Positions 27,601 through 40,974 of a DNA stretch of 64,000 nucleotides are shown in pieces; within the stretch, counting starts at the first letter, position 1, and each line of letters begins with the position of its first letter. A program made the position numbers and the translations under genes. This DNA comes from Hormiphora californensis. Its lineage: Eukaryota > Animalia > Ctenophora. The stretch is taken from positions 1,674,001 to 1,738,000 of the forward strand of contig CM035356.1 in assembly GCA_020137815.1 (NCBI GenBank), in the 5' to 3' direction. The notes beneath the pieces were generated by a model that saw only the letters and a list, made by a program, of their open reading frames with translations, made no database searches and was not told the origin of the DNA.

Positions 27601-29076
27601 GAGTTGAAGGCCAGAATGAAGGAGGCCAAACATATCGGAGGACTGGTCAACAAATCTCGCGAAAAAATCAGTAAGTAAAATTGAGCAAATATTATTGCCA
27701 AAATGTGCTCAAAACCCAACATCTTTCTGGACCTTCACCTCTTTTAATTTTTTTATTAACATGTTTCTATCACGCAGATTCGCTAAAGAGCTCTATTGAG
27801 CAAAGAAGGATTGCAATGGCGGTCCAGGGACTTACAGATAGTGACGCAGTACCCCAAGCAGCTGCGGATCCAAAAGAAAGTGAACTGAAGCACCACATCG
27901 AGGGCGAGAAAGAAACGTAAGTTTTTGAAGCTAGGGTAGTCTAGCGCCGCGGGTGGGGGTGGGGGGTGTGTCACTTTTTTTTGTGTCCCACGCGGGGAGG
28001 ACACAAAAAAGGGCTAGGGTAATGCCGCAGTACTAAATCTTTATCATGTCTCAGTATTTTCATAACAGGTCAGATAACATGTTTCGTTTCTAACAATACT
28101 CTCACTTTCAGCTACAAGCAGAGGTTTGCAAGGTTGCGAGAGCTAAAGACGGAGATCGAGCATCTCCAGCACCTGCTAGAACAGCAGCGGGTACGCCTTC
28201 AAAGAGACTTTGAAATCTGGTACGCAGAGCAAGCATCGATTGCTGGGACTGGCGCAAAGGATGCATGGCAAACTCCTTCTCCTCGGGGTTAGTAGACAAA
28301 ATGCCAGGAATCGACCGACACAAGGAAACAACCAATCAGAACTCGTTATTTAGGTCACGTGACTGGTTATCAGCCAATCAGGGACCAGTATTTCCTGGTT
28401 CGGTCGGTTCCTGAAAAACGTATTGTATTTTTTACTTCTCTTGTTCGGGTCCGGTAGCTTAGGTTGGTACTGTACATGCAAGTGGGTTCAGCTTGTTATG
28501 TTCTAACCCTCCTTTACATTTGTAAATGGAAAGAGGGTCGAGCTAGGCAAGGTTCAGCGGGGTGAGGGTAGTACTAGTGCTATCGAGTGAACGGGTGCTC
28601 TACTTCAACGGGTTATTTTAAAATAACCGATATTTTCTATTTCAGCAGACCAGAGAGTTTCTAATCGATCTATGCAAGTTTCTTCGCCCTTAAATAATGA
28701 TAACAATTATCGACGGGACAGTAGTGGGCACTCAACACCCTTTAAGCCTTCAGTTATTCCAGCTATCCAAGGCGCAGCAACAACAGATCAGAAATGTAAG
28801 GAATGTCAAGGTTTGAAACTTTGCGATTGGGGTCTACTGAACCCTCACAAACATCAAAAATGGCAATGTCCCAAAACTAAATGATCAAAAAACTTTTTTG
28901 AGTGCCCAAGGTTTACTGATTTACTGAATCAATTCATTTCAGCCTGGCCTGTTCCAGATCAGAAGCGAGCTGTATCCCAGAGTGACTTGAAGACGACAGG
29001 TGACTCAAATGTGGACACGGATATTCTAGCGTTTATGAGGGCACGCGAGGCTATTTTGAAGCGTAGTGTACACTGA
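20092..29076 (+). CDS. KIF6: Kinesin-9 family motor KIF6
   Basis: [14 protein letters not shown]; [14 protein letters not shown]; P-loop [24 protein letters not shown]; [12 protein letters not shown]; LVDLAGSER; [21 protein letters not shown]; KIF6-like C-terminus [21 protein letters not shown]; TGA 29074-29076. Confidence 0.93.
21140..21660. repeat. (GA)n then (CT)n tracts in KIF6 intron
   Basis: Degenerate GA run followed by CT run ending at acceptor 21667. Confidence 0.9.
22227..22594. mobile_element. Foldback MITE in KIF6 intron
   Basis: CCCTTGCACCTC...GAGGTGCAAGGG ends with ~130-bp imperfect inverted arms. Confidence 0.8.
23187..23728. mobile_element. Foldback MITE in KIF6 intron
   Basis: Inverted arms AATTGCCAAAACTCTACT/AGTAGAGTTTTGGCAATT plus inner inverted GCCGCGCATTCAAAGA block. 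Confidence 0.75.
28305..28413. mobile_element. Short MITE CAGGAA(T/C)CGACCGA...TCGGTCGGTTCCTG
   Basis: 14-bp TIR; resembles an abundant Pleurobrachia repeat (recalled, not searched). Confidence 0.8.
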
Positions 29077-29381
29077 CAAGAAGGATTCAAACATAACCTT
29101 GAAAAATGGGAGGATCACATCACCGATATATTTATCGATAGTTTCCATAAACAATTGTTTGCCATGAACTGAGTCGGCGTAATTCAGCTATTTTACTGGT
29201 AGACCAGTTGAAAAAGACTTTTTGAGACGATAAATACCGGGTTTATAGTTATGTAGCAGTTCACCTGCCATGAGAGTGGTTCACTATAACACTTCATGTG
29301 TACTGTATATTATATACTGCCCCCCTTCAGTAGTATCAGCGTACCAAAGTAAGTCTGCTTTGGCCCCTAAAGTTTATAACT

Positions 29382-29429
29382 ACAGTCGGACCCCGATTTA
29401 ACGGACAAGCCCTTTCCCCGGGTCCGACT
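29382..29429. mobile_element. Internally deleted pogo-like MITE family A
   Basis: TA-CAGTCGGACCC...GGGTCCGACTG-TA; fuller copy at 34577-34748. Confidence 0.8.
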
Positions 29430-29747
29430 GTAAATGTAATACATCCCGTTGTTCATATGACGCCGTTTTTCCCTGCCAAGTACACTGTGCGGATGCATAT
29501 ACACTTCTTACACACTATAATACACAGTTACACTATTTAGCATTAGTTCTCGGTGTGTGTTATAAAATTTATTTTACCCGTGTTCTAGTGCCAACCCTGC
29601 TATTATATGCATCTTTTCCAAAGCAAATCAGCATCCGGGCGAATGCCTCTTAATTTAATTTGGAATTCACCTGGACACTTGTTTTGCTACCCAGTACCCA
29701 ATTTAAATATGTTTTAGCAGTGTAGCGCTCATGTACTATATCATGTA

Positions 29748-30931
29748 CAGGGTGTCCCACTGTCTTTGCATCACCTGTGATTTTGGGTCATGACCGGGCT
29801 CCATTAAACTAACCAAAACTCATCGAAAAATTGGTCAAAATGGTTCTAACAAAAACAGTGTTCTAGAGAATTGTCTGACGAACATTTTGGTGGCAAGATT
29901 GACGTTCCAAGTGTTACCAATCGTCAGATATATCGTCGTAAAGTCAAAAGTACGTGTTCATGCAATCCGACCGGGGTTCACGTTTTGAAAAATTCACAAA
30001 TGCAAAGTTGCTCGGATCACATTGCATCCCTCATACGAGTTGTAGGAAATTGTCTGGCGGTCATTTTGGTACTCAGGTTTTTGTCCTAGCTTAATGTTTA
30101 GAGTGTCTTATGACTGTCTAAAGACGAAATTCAACCAGCATTTTTTTAGGGGATCACGTGTCATCAACAAATGCAAATGGGTAAAATGATTTGAAATTTA
30201 TAAGAGCTTCATTGGAATCGTCTAAGGTTCATTTTGATACCATGATTTTTTCCTTAGCTCTACGTTTTAGTTGCGTTATGATTGTAGGAACATGAAAATT
30301 ATTCTATGCTGAGTCTTAGTTGGTATCGGCTCACAACCGCTAATTAGGTGGCTCGGTATCGTGTGTAATCCCATGATAATCAGCACATATCGTCTCAATT
30401 TCATCCAGACACTTGACAGGGTTGTTATGACGATTTGACAAGGCCCCTGTTAATGTGTAGGATACACAAGTGGTCTATCTCACCAACATGTTATTCAAGC
30501 AGCAATGAGCTTCATAACAGGGCAAAATGCAATGCGATACCTGAGACCACTTTTGGAAAAATTCCAGTTCTGACAGTCATAAGACACTCTAAACATTGAG
30601 TTAGGACAAAAACCCGGGTACCAAAATTACCGCCAGACAATTTCCTACAACTCTTATGAGGGATGCAATGTGATCCGAGCAACTTTGCATTTGTGAATTT
30701 TTCAAAACGTGAACCCCGGTCGGATTTCATGAACATGTATTTTTGACTTTACGACGATATATCTGACGATTGGTAAGACTTGGAACGTCAATTTTGCAAC
30801 CAAAATGTTCGCCAGACAATTCTCTAGAACACTGGTTTTTGTTAGAACCATTTTGACCAATTTTTCGATGAGTTTTGGAGCCCGGTCATGACCCAAAATC
30901 ACAGGTGATGCAAAGACAGTGGGACACCCTG
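29748..30931. mobile_element. Tc1/mariner-type foldback with ~370-bp arms
   Basis: TA-CAGGGTGTCCCACTGTCTTTGCATCACC... and its reverse complement ending at 30931 followed by TA. Confidence 0.92.
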
Positions 30932-31785
30932 TACTAGTACTTGATGTAGTTGTATACTAACAACGTCACCTGTGTTATCGTATCGATTTTGTTGTGACAA
31001 CGTGTAATAACTGAGTTGTTAGTGTTACAGTGTTACTAAGCTATACATTTTGTAACAGTAACACAGGCAGCTAACGTCTGGGCTAAAAGATGTCCCCCTA
31101 GACCCCCCGATATCATAGAGCGCTAAAATATCGCAGTGTTGCTTCGTCATATTGGTCGCCCAAAGTGTTTTCTACGACGCCAAAGACGCACTCGCAGTCT
31201 GCTGACATTTGATGCTTTTTCATGGCGCTTCTTAGACGTCGTGAACAACGCTGTGGGCGGCGTTGTGCGGGCGGCCATTGTATTTGTGGCAGACCACCAC
31301 TGACATTTACTCAATGGGAATGGGATAAATAAATAGGTTGGCCAAAATTCCAGACTGAAAGTTCATTTTTATGACTGTACCAGTATGGAATGAAGTTTGT
31401 CTTATCCCTCAAATGGGGGCTCTAATCATTACAAAAGTGATCCAAATGGAGGACTTGTCCCAGACGTTAGTTGCCTTGTTCGACTCTGTCTCACTGTGCC
31501 CCGGTTTGTACAAAACATGGCAGCTAGTAAATATTAAGTTGTACATATATCACATATTTGTTGAATGTCGAGTAAGGGTTGAGAGAGTGCTACGTACCGT
31601 ATCATTTGTCCCCCGAAGGACTGTTGTGTATTTTTCATTGCCTTGCTTTATGATTATCTGAGAGTTTATCTTGTACATGAACCATGGTGGTTTAGAAAGT
31701 TGGGTTAGGAAGTTAATTTAACTGTTGTTATATCAGACTGCTGTCAGGTGGGTGCCTTGTCAAGCGGTAGAGAATGGGTCAGGAC

Positions 31786-31877
31786 CTGTCAGGCCAATGC
31801 TCTGACCACAGTTCTCGCGCGCTCTGCAGAACTTATTTGAAAGAAATGAGAATAGGGTCAGGCCAATGCTCTGACAG
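31786..31877 (-). mobile_element. Micro-MITE family B inserted into another family-B copy
   Basis: Perfect 8-bp TSD GTCAGGAC; the reconstructed empty site is itself a family-B motif. Confidence 0.8.
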
Positions 31878-31919
31878 GTCAGGACAATGCTCTGACAGGC
31901 GGTAGGCGGTAAATGTTAA

Positions 31920-32253
31920 CCAGATCTGTGAGAATTTCGCACGTTTTTGCCCATAACTCAGCCATTTCTTGACCAATTTGCAAAATCTTTGGCTCATTTG
32001 AAAGAGGACATTGAGATCTCTCAAATGAGCTCAAGAAAATGAAAATTGGCGCAAATTGCGCGGCGTGGTGGCGAAAACGTGCATCTTGCGCCATGACGCC
32101 ACGCATTTTGGGCCAATTTTAATTCTATTGGGCTCATTTGAAAGAGCTCAATGTCCTCTTTCCAACGCGCCCAAGATTTTTCAAATTGGTCAAGAAATGA
32201 CTGAGTTATGGACAAAAACGTGGTTTTGCACGTACGTATTCTCTCAGATCTGG
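31920..32253. mobile_element. piggyBac-like MITE
   Basis: TTAA-CCAGATCTG...CAGATCTGG-TTAA with long internal inverted arms. Confidence 0.7.
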
Positions 32254-32261
32254 TTAATTAA

Positions 32262-32870
32262 AGTGAGAGTGGACCGAATCAGAATTGGGCAAGTTTGTTG
32301 TAGGTGGTAGAGATTAGCTTTCTGAGCATTTTCCGCTTTTGCCGCTCAAAATCGACCCACCCATCACTGATATATTTTTATTATGTTGGGAGAATTCCTG
32401 CTTGATCAGTATTTATCAAACAGGATAGAAACAATCCTTGTGTTTTACTAACACATTCTTTAAATTTTCAATATGCTATCTTGCATTGTTCTGCTTCTGT
32501 GCATGGACATGTCAATCTCACTGCATATATTCAGAATGTGTACTCTGTAGTCCAATAGCTACAGAACGCTGCGATGTTTTTGTTCAGACTAAACTAGATT
32601 TAAATTTTCAATATGCTATCTTGCATTGTTCTGCTTCTGTGCATGGACATGTCAACCTCACTGCATATATTCAGAATGTGTTAGTAAAACACGATTATTG
32701 TTTCTATTCTGTTTTTTACATACTGATTAAACGAGAGTTCTCCCAACATAACAAAAATATCTCAGTGATGGGTGGGTCGATTTTGAGCGGCAAAAACGCA
32801 AAATGCTCAGAGAGCTAATCTCTACTACCTACAACAAACTTGTCCAATTCTGATTCGGTCCACTCTCACT
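32262..32870. mobile_element. Kolobok-like MITE
   Basis: TTAA-AGTGAGAGTGGACCGAATC...GATTCGGTCCACTCTCACT-TTAA, ~190-bp arms, internal direct duplication. Confidence 0.85.
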
Positions 32871-32964
32871 TTAACATTTACCGCCTACCTTGTCAAGCCA
32901 ATGCTCTGACTCACGGTTCTTGCGCTCCGCTGTCAGAGCATTGGCCGCACCGTACCGGTTCATC

Positions 32965-34830
32965 GGGGGGGTCGTCATGTTAATTTTGTTAATGTTTTGT
33001 TAATTAACAAACGACCCTTGGTGAAACATTAACAAAATTAACAAAATTAACAAAATTAACAAAAATCGCGTTTTAGATGTTTTCAGTCGGTTTATAGTTG
33101 TTTTATGTGTTTTTAGGTGTGTTTAGGTGTTTCTATCATCTCCCATGGCAGATATTTCATAGCTAGGATAATTGTTTGGATTTCATCAAAGGTTTTGAGG
33201 TAAGAAAAGGGTCATTATAACAAAGGAGGGGTATACGAGTAAAGAACACCAGTTTAATGTATAAATAGTGCGGTAATATGACGAAAATTTTTCGGCATTT
33301 ATCGTTCTAAAGCTAATTCCACTTCTAGGATACTCTATAGGGTCCCTAGAAACAACCCCTGAAGTTATCGCAAGATCGGCGATAAAGAAATTGCATTAAT
33401 TGTGCCTAATTGGTTACAGGGTGCTTTCAGCCTGAAGCCAAAACCATAAATACCCTTAAAATAGGAGTATAGACAAAAACCGAGGGCACTAAAGTGATCA
33501 GCGTCCTCGCATTAGTGGGGTAGGTGCTGGAATTAAGTCTATATCTCATCTGGTTAATTAGATAATTGGATAATCAGCTCTGCGCATAGCCGTTTTTGGC
33601 CTTATGGCTATTATATATAGCTATGTTAGGAAAGGAGTAGAGACAAAACCGAGGGCACTAAAGTGATCAGCGTCCTCGCATTAGTGGGGGTAGGTGCTGG
33701 AATTAAGTCTCTATCTCATTTGGTTAATTAGTTAATTGGATAATTAGATCTGCACATAGCCGTTTTCGGCCATATGGCTGTAGCCACTTAGGAATGGTTT
33801 AGAGACATTTCACTGGTGCCATCTTGTAGACAATGGCCAAGTTATGGGGGGGTCGACGTCGGACTTTTAAGCTCTATGTCCAACCGTTTAGCCGTTACTT
33901 GGCTTTAAAGGTGCTCAAAACGAGCAAAAACGGTAAAAAGCCCGATTTTGAGCACCAAATAACGGCTAAACGGTTGGAGATAGAGCATAAAAGTCCGACG
34001 TATACCACCCACAACATATAATATCTAATTATCCAATTAATTAATTAACCAGATGAGATAGAGACTTAATTCCAGCACCTACCCCCACTAATGCGAGGAC
34101 GCTGATCACTTTAGTGCCCTCGGTTTTGTCTATACTCCTATTTTAAGGGTACTTATGGTTTTGGCTTCAGGCTGAAAGCACCCTGTAACCAATTAGGCCG
34201 AATTAAGGCAAGTTCTTCATCGCCGATCTTGCGACAACTTCAGGGGTTGATTCTAGGGACCCTATAGAGTACCCTAGAAGTGGAATTAGCTTTAGAACGA
34301 TTAAGCCGAAAAATTTTCGTCATATTACCGCACTAGTGGCGGGTCAACAAAATTCACAAAAAAATTCAAAAAAATTTTTGGGGAAAAAATCCTGCCACTA
34401 AATCGGGGTGCCACTAAATCGGGGGCCATTAAATCGGGGTCCGACTGTATATCAGTGTTGATTGGATGGGTAGTACGTATAATATTGTCAAAAATAACGC
34501 AAATGATCTATTAAAGCGGGATTAAAAGCTTCAAAAAGACTTAAAAAAGCTTCTTTTTTTGTTAATAATGTTAATACAGTCGGACCCCGATTTAGGGGAC
34601 CCCGATTTAGTGGCACCCCGATTTAGGGACAGGATTTTTTTCCCCCGATATATGAAATTAACCTTATTTGACCCCGATTTAGTGGACACCCCGATTTAGT
34701 GGACAAGAGCCTTTCCCCCGAGGGTGTCCCAAAATCGGGGTCCGACTGTAATGTTAATAATGTTAATAATGTTAATGTTAACATTTTAAAAATTTTCATG
34801 AAACATTAACATTAACATGACGACCCCCCC
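32965..34830. mobile_element. G7-ended TIR element with 8-bp TSD and nested foldbacks
   Basis: G7-TCGTCATGTTAAT / ATTAACATGACGA-C7; TSD GGTTCATC on both sides; subterminal GTTAAT repeats; inner foldback ~33265-34335. Confidence 0.85.
34577..34748. mobile_element. pogo-like MITE family A
   Basis: TA-CAGTCGGACCCCGATTT...AAATCGGGGTCCGACTG-TA inserted in the host's subterminal repeats. Confidence 0.9.
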
Positions 34831-36019
34831 GGTTCATCACGGCATTGCATTGTGGGCCGAGCCTGACACAATTCTCATTTCTTTTGCATGAAAACCGTGG
34901 TCAGAGCATTGGACTGTCACTTGTCAGGCACTGTATCTACTGAAACTTAATTCAGTGAAAGTAAGACCTAAAATCGTCCTCGCTTACACCGTACAAGAAT
35001 AAACTGTTATGTCCTAACCCTCCGGCATATGTCTGGCACCGCTGACCCGATCTGAGCGCACTGAGAATCAAATTGGGGTATGGGCGTGGCGCCGCTATAC
35101 AGTCCGGCATCCTTTTCGTAGTACGAATCGTACACCATAAAAGAATGAATTTCATGTTGTAACCCACTACCCAGTAACCCTCCTGGACAAAGAATAAAGT
35201 GTTCTCTAGAGCTGAGAGTGAGTGCCTCTGAGTGACTCCACTTTTGGGTACATGACATTGTTTCGGTATTCATTTGAACGTTGAAAATCAAAATCAACTG
35301 CGTGCTGTGGTGCCAATTGAAGTTGATCTTCTCAAGAACGGAGTTGGTAATCCGTTCTGTGCTCGTAGAAGTCTCAGGGTGAGGTTGTTGAGCTCAATTG
35401 AGTAACTAGGGGTGAGGAGTTGCCGGCTGGGGGGGGGGGGGGGTAGCTGTAGACCTCTGGCTCTGTCAGGCCAAAGCTCAGGCCAGGCATCATGTGTAGG
35501 CCCTACAACCAATCAAATTTAGATCCAAGTGACACGTTTGACCGCCATGTCTCACGATCCTTTACAAAATTAACCCCAACTTTCTAAACCACCTTGTGGC
35601 TTTTCGTCAACTCACACTCACAATAAAGGGTTGAACTTGGACGTGACGAAACTCCAAGTTCAACCCTCTATTGTGACTCAACTAAATCAATTACTTTTCT
35701 AGTTTTCCATTATCATGGACCGTATTCTCTACAACAGATGGTTTTATTTGAATTACTAATACAATCATAGCAACAAAACGTGATTAATTGATTATCATGT
35801 TTTTCTCTCGCTCCTTCCCCTTCTCTCGATATCGATAACGGTGGTACCAGGGGAGATCGAAAGGGAATGAGGTAGCTAGCGAGAGCGATATGAGCGAGCT
35901 AGCGAGCCTAGAGACGAGCCTATATGAGATAGATAGCGATAGAGACGCGTAGATCTCCCCTATCTATCTACTTCTCTGCTAGCTCTCTCTATACTGCTAT
36001 CTCTCTCTCTCTTTCTAGC

Positions 36020-36081
<62 letters not shown>

Positions 36082-36415
36082 CTCTCTCACACACTCTCTC
36101 TGCCGGTATGCAAACAAACGGCCTCCTCGGCCTCCCAGGTGGCGAATCTCATTTTTAACCGAATTCAACACGGCAGGTTCCAGTTTATAGCTGATTTTAT
36201 CGAGCTCTCGTGAGCTTTGTTTTGTTAGGCCATATCTTTGTTTTCTGTATATAATTAGAGAAGTCATCTCTATATCGAGTGTGTGTGTGTGTAGGTAACA
36301 CCAACGTCCAACAATAAACAGTAAAATTCATCCCATTGCTACATCAATATGTACTGTTGACTGTTCCATTCTCCGTGTTTGTTTTTCGGATTATTACTAC
36401 CCACAGGGTATTGGG

Positions 36416-36513
36416 CTGTCAGAGCATTGGCCTGACCCATTCTCGCTTCTCTCAAATAACTAGTTCTGCACGCGGAGCGCACGAGAACTGAGGTCAGAGC
36501 ATTGGCCTGACAG
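36416..36513 (+). mobile_element. Micro-MITE family B
   Basis: Perfect 8-bp TSD GTATTGGG. Confidence 0.85.
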
Positions 36514-36651
36514 GTATTGGGTAATACCCAGCGACATTTTGAGAAGCATGTTATATTGTTATTTGTACTTTTAGTTTTCTATAGGAACTATAGCTGTCTG
36601 GTGCCCCTCTCCCCTCTCTTACATATTTGTCTAGATTCGGGAGGCATTGGA

Positions 36652-39600
36652 ATGGTATTGGTCAGAAGAAATTGGGTAATAGTAGCTTGCTGCGCTCTCG
36701 GTGGACATGCTGTTAACTTAATTCCATTTTCCTATGGAATGTTCTTGGTAAGTTTGAGTAAAAGGTTTTACTTATCTTATAAAGATATTTTGAGAGCAAG
36801 ATAAGATTTGTTGAGTAAGGAGTAAGGGGTGGGAGAGACTCACTTAATAACACGATACTCATAAGATAGCTCTGCTAATTTAGCATGGATGTAGCTTAAT
36901 TTAAATGTCCATCACCCCCAGCCGTATGTTTACTCATATCTCCACGAGAGGAATCCGAATATACAATCCTCCCTGATGCACATTCACGCCCCTCTCTGTT
37001 TGACTGTAGCTACAGGGACTGCCTGGACTTTCGGGGTTTTCCAGGTTGGTGTTTACAAAATAATGGACGTCCCCTTTTTTTAGTTTTAGTGCGTTGTTTA
37101 CAGATTTCTACGATAAATCTTTCTCCCACTCCCAGAAATATGTTGGACAATTACAACTTCATCTGCTGAATGGGCTAGGTCTCGTTTTCTGGATGATAAT
37201 TCTTTATCTATTGGGGCACAACTTTATTGCCATAACTCTAGTAATAGGTAACCGATTATTAATCACTGTGTCTGTAGTCATATAGCTGCAGAACGCTGCA
37301 ATGTTTTTGTTCAGACTAATTCTAAACTAGATTCAAATCTAACTACTTAGATCAAAATTGTGTCAGATTTGTAAACCCGATCAGTATCATCTCCCATTTT
37401 AGCGGCAGTCGGTTTTCATGCTGGTCAATTACACGTATTCTTTTCACAACGTGTTACTGAAGAAGGACGGGAATATTCTGCCACAGCCAACGGAGTCTAT
37501 GGGTTCTTATTTGGGTTAGCTGGTCTATGGGGCAACATAATGAGTAGCGCCTATATAAATCCTTGGGGAATAGAGCCAACTAAACATATGCTACCGAACT
37601 CCAGCCAAATAACGTTAGTAGAATTATCGCGGTAAACAGATGACCATTTTATCCGGGATCGTCGGAGGTGCAGAGGTCTCTTCCCACCTCAAATTACCGT
37701 CAAATGACCGTCTCAAATAATCACATTATTTTTCAGCACAATATTCGATGATGATAGGATATTGGCACGTGTCCAGAATAACTGGTTAATATTAGCAGCC
37801 ATAATGTTTGTCCTTCTGCTACCGGGCTACTTTTGCATAGGTACCATGGGGATAGTCCGTAGGAAAAACACCAAACCCAAGTGAGGGCTATTTTGTTCTT
37901 TTGACTCATGAATCTTGTAATTTTAATTTTCTCAGCAAAAAGCAAAAAAGAAGAGCAAGCAGAGACTTCAGCTGAGAGTGAGAGAAAACCTATTCTATTT
38001 GAAAAAGATAAGGACATTGTAAAAGGTATCCCAGAAACTTTTGTGGAGGAGAAGATTGCCTCGCCTATTGGATTTACACTCTTTCTCACAACAGTAAGGA
38101 TTTGGATTTTGGATGTCCCTCTCTGGCGTCGCCGACACCATCTGAGCGCACTGTCGAGAATCAAATCAGGGTCGATCTGGTGCCATGCCGCCAGACAGAG
38201 ATGTCCTGAGACTAGCGGGTGGCCAAATTTGAGCCGGTTTCGGGTCGGATGACGTAAAATAATTTCTAAAATCGTTCTCTTCTACAGATAGGAATTGGTG
38301 TGAGCAGTATGTGTGCGTTTGATCTGTTCAAGGATTTTGGACTTAAGAAGATCAGAGATGATGCATTCCTTAACAATATTGGTAATCCATCTTTAAAGTG
38401 AGAGTGACCAGAAACAAAATTGGACAAGATTGTTGTCTCTACCACCGACAAAAATATTTTAAAGTTCTGTTTTTTGAAACTTCCCCTGAGTCAGGGCCTG
38501 ACTATTGAAACTTAATAAATCCAGGTATTGTTATACCGATAGTTGGAGCGGTGGGACGCATAGCATGGGGAACACTTGGTGATTTCATGAGCCTTCGGAC
38601 ACTCTTTCTCGTTGGAAACATAATGAGCTTTTCTTTACAGGTGAGGACAATTTATACAAATTACATAATAACCCAACCGATGAAGCCACTATAATTCTGG
38701 GAATCGGTCCGACTCTTGTGAGAGAGGGTCGAGCAATACAATCACATATTAGGTTACTCAGAGTCAGATTCAATCTGAGTCTGACTCTGAATCAGAGTCT
38801 GAGTAACCTAAGATGATCTTAACTTTCCTGGCCTATGAAAAAACAACGCTCATTTATTACCCAACTTTGGTCACATTGTCCCTTGCTGATGAGACTGTTA
38901 TGTGCTAAATCTGCGAGGAACAGTGTGCTGTGGTGCCTGGTGGCCGGGCCACCACAGCACACTGTTCCTCCGTGGCCCGTGGCCTATCAAGTAGGAACTA
39001 CAACCAATGTAGAAGTGCTGCAGATGCATCTCGAGAAGAATATTCCCACGCCGCGCAGCAACTGCTGAAATACTGTACTTATCCTCAAAAGTTTACCCGC
39101 CGCCGCGCTCAAATGAACTTTTGACTGTGAGGTGTAACATGCGTGTACATGATGTACCCCACAGTGCTGTGTGTCCCACCATTTCACATCACACCATTTC
39201 ACAATTCACATTACCAAATACCAGGTGTTGATGCACCCGAGCCGGGGGAACAAGTATGGGTATGTGTTTATAACTGCCGTCCTGTCCATTATGCCTGGGA
39301 TGATGACCCTCCTGCCGCCCTCTGTGAAACGGTTCATGGGGACACGAAACATAGCCTTGAAGTACGGGATCATTCTGACTGGCGAGGTGAGAGAGACTGC
39401 TGCACTACTGTACAAGAAACTAGTGATCTAACACACTACAAAGACAGACCTGAACACATTATTGAGCTTTGTTCAAGACAATGACGCCGACGACAGACGT
39501 ATACAACAGTACCACTTGGGCCATGCGAGTTCGGGGCGCAGTGCGAGGTACAGTCGAACCAAACCAAACCAAATACGAAACTAATATCACCTATATAGTA

Positions 39601-40023
39601 GGAGACACTAGCGTGGTAAAGTCGGATTTTTTGAAGTTGTCACCCCAAAATGACCGCGCATGTGAAATTTATCAATTTTGACGCGCACACCACACGTTAA
39701 CATGTGATGTGATGCGCAAAAACATTCCGCGCACGAGAAGGGGGGTGACAACTTCAAAAAATTCGACTTTATGCACAAAAAAATGCGCGCCACATACCTA
39801 AGTCCTAAAATAACAGGTGTGTGGCGCACATTTTTTTGCGCGTACCACGCTAGTGTCTCCTACTAATAATACATTACAGGTGTTTGGGTGTATGTACTAT
39901 ATTCTGGTAACGTCTGTACTACAAGTATACATCAGTGACATGGCATTAGTGTTACTACTCGGTGTCCCTTCCCTCCTTGCTACCCTTCCAACAGCCATCT
40001 TTATCAAAAACGTTCCAAAGTGA
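36652..40023 (+). CDS. MFS transporter, oxalate:formate antiporter/MCT-like
   Basis: Hydrophobic spliced exons: GMFL|PYVYSYL, ANGVYGFLFGLAGLWGNIMSSAYINP, LPPSVKRFMGTRNIALKYG; stop at 40023; start codon uncertain. Confidence 0.72.
39596..39865. mobile_element. MITE carrying a nested second MITE (39619-39769)
   Basis: Outer TIR TAGTAGGAGACACTAGCGTGG; inner AAGTCGG...CGACTT with duplicated TA. Confidence 0.8.
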
Positions 40024-40149
40024 TATTGGGTACAAATTGTTAAACAATCTTTTTCATAATCGTGGTAACTTGATAATTGAATATATAATTTAACTTCTGC
40101 TACTTATCCAAGTGTCATTAAAACTTAAAAAGTACCACCTTGTACAAAC

Positions 40150-40974
40150 TTAAAGTTCATTTTTAGCGTTCTTTATCTCGAGAAGTTCCACCTCAAAAAC
40201 GAGTGTTGCTCCACCTGTAAAAAAGGGAAATGAATAAACACCTTGTAAATAATACAAATACAAGCATATAAGCAAGGATAGAGAAAATCTTTTTTGGGTG
40301 GCTAGTTCAGATTATACAGCATCATGATTATGTGAGGAACTTACCAGGAATTGCACCTCCAGCACCCCTGTCACCAGTAACCCAAATGAGGTGGAATTGT
40401 TAGTTTCCTTTTGTCACCAGGACACATGCTGAAAAATACAGGATTTAATATTTCATTAAACCAGCAAATCGAAATAACACTGATTTGTAAGGTGAACTCC
40501 CCCGACCCCCAATGGTTTTACTTACTTCATAAGACCCTGGTCCCAGCCTTTAATAACTTGTCCTGCACCAAGAGTAAACTCAAATGGAGTCCCTCTGTCC
40601 AAAGAACTATCAAACTTAGCTCCAGTATCTTTTAGTGTCCCCTGAAAAATATCAATAATTTATATTTATTGAGGGTATAGTGAATAGTATAGTGAATAGT
40701 GGGCGGATCTGAAATTGACCAGATGTCAACTACATAGAACAATAGGGGATTCTCCGGTGCTTTAAATATACCGGGTACCAGTTAGTCAGGGTTGTTCAAA
40801 TACAGTGTAATTAGTCAGTTAGTTACTTACCGTATAGTGCATGGCTAGTTTGTCACCCTTCTTAGTTTTCCTGGTACATTCGGTCCTCTTTTTGACACCA
40901 ATACGGAGTTGTTCCTGTTCTGCTGCTACCGCAACAATCACAACCAAAACCACAAGGGTGACACACCGAAACAT
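40150..40974 (-). CDS. FKBP2: ER-luminal FK506-binding PPIase
   Basis: Signal peptide [35 protein letters not shown]|[32 protein letters not shown]-terminal KNEL*; one extra base near 40376. Confidence 0.93.

Noticed and set aside
35007-35400. ~130-codon open minus-strand frame within the transposon nest
   Set aside because: No recognisable domain or reliable splice partners.
40370-40382. FKBP2 as a pseudogene
   Set aside because: A single extra base disrupts GYGDRG, but all other motifs and splice sites are intact.
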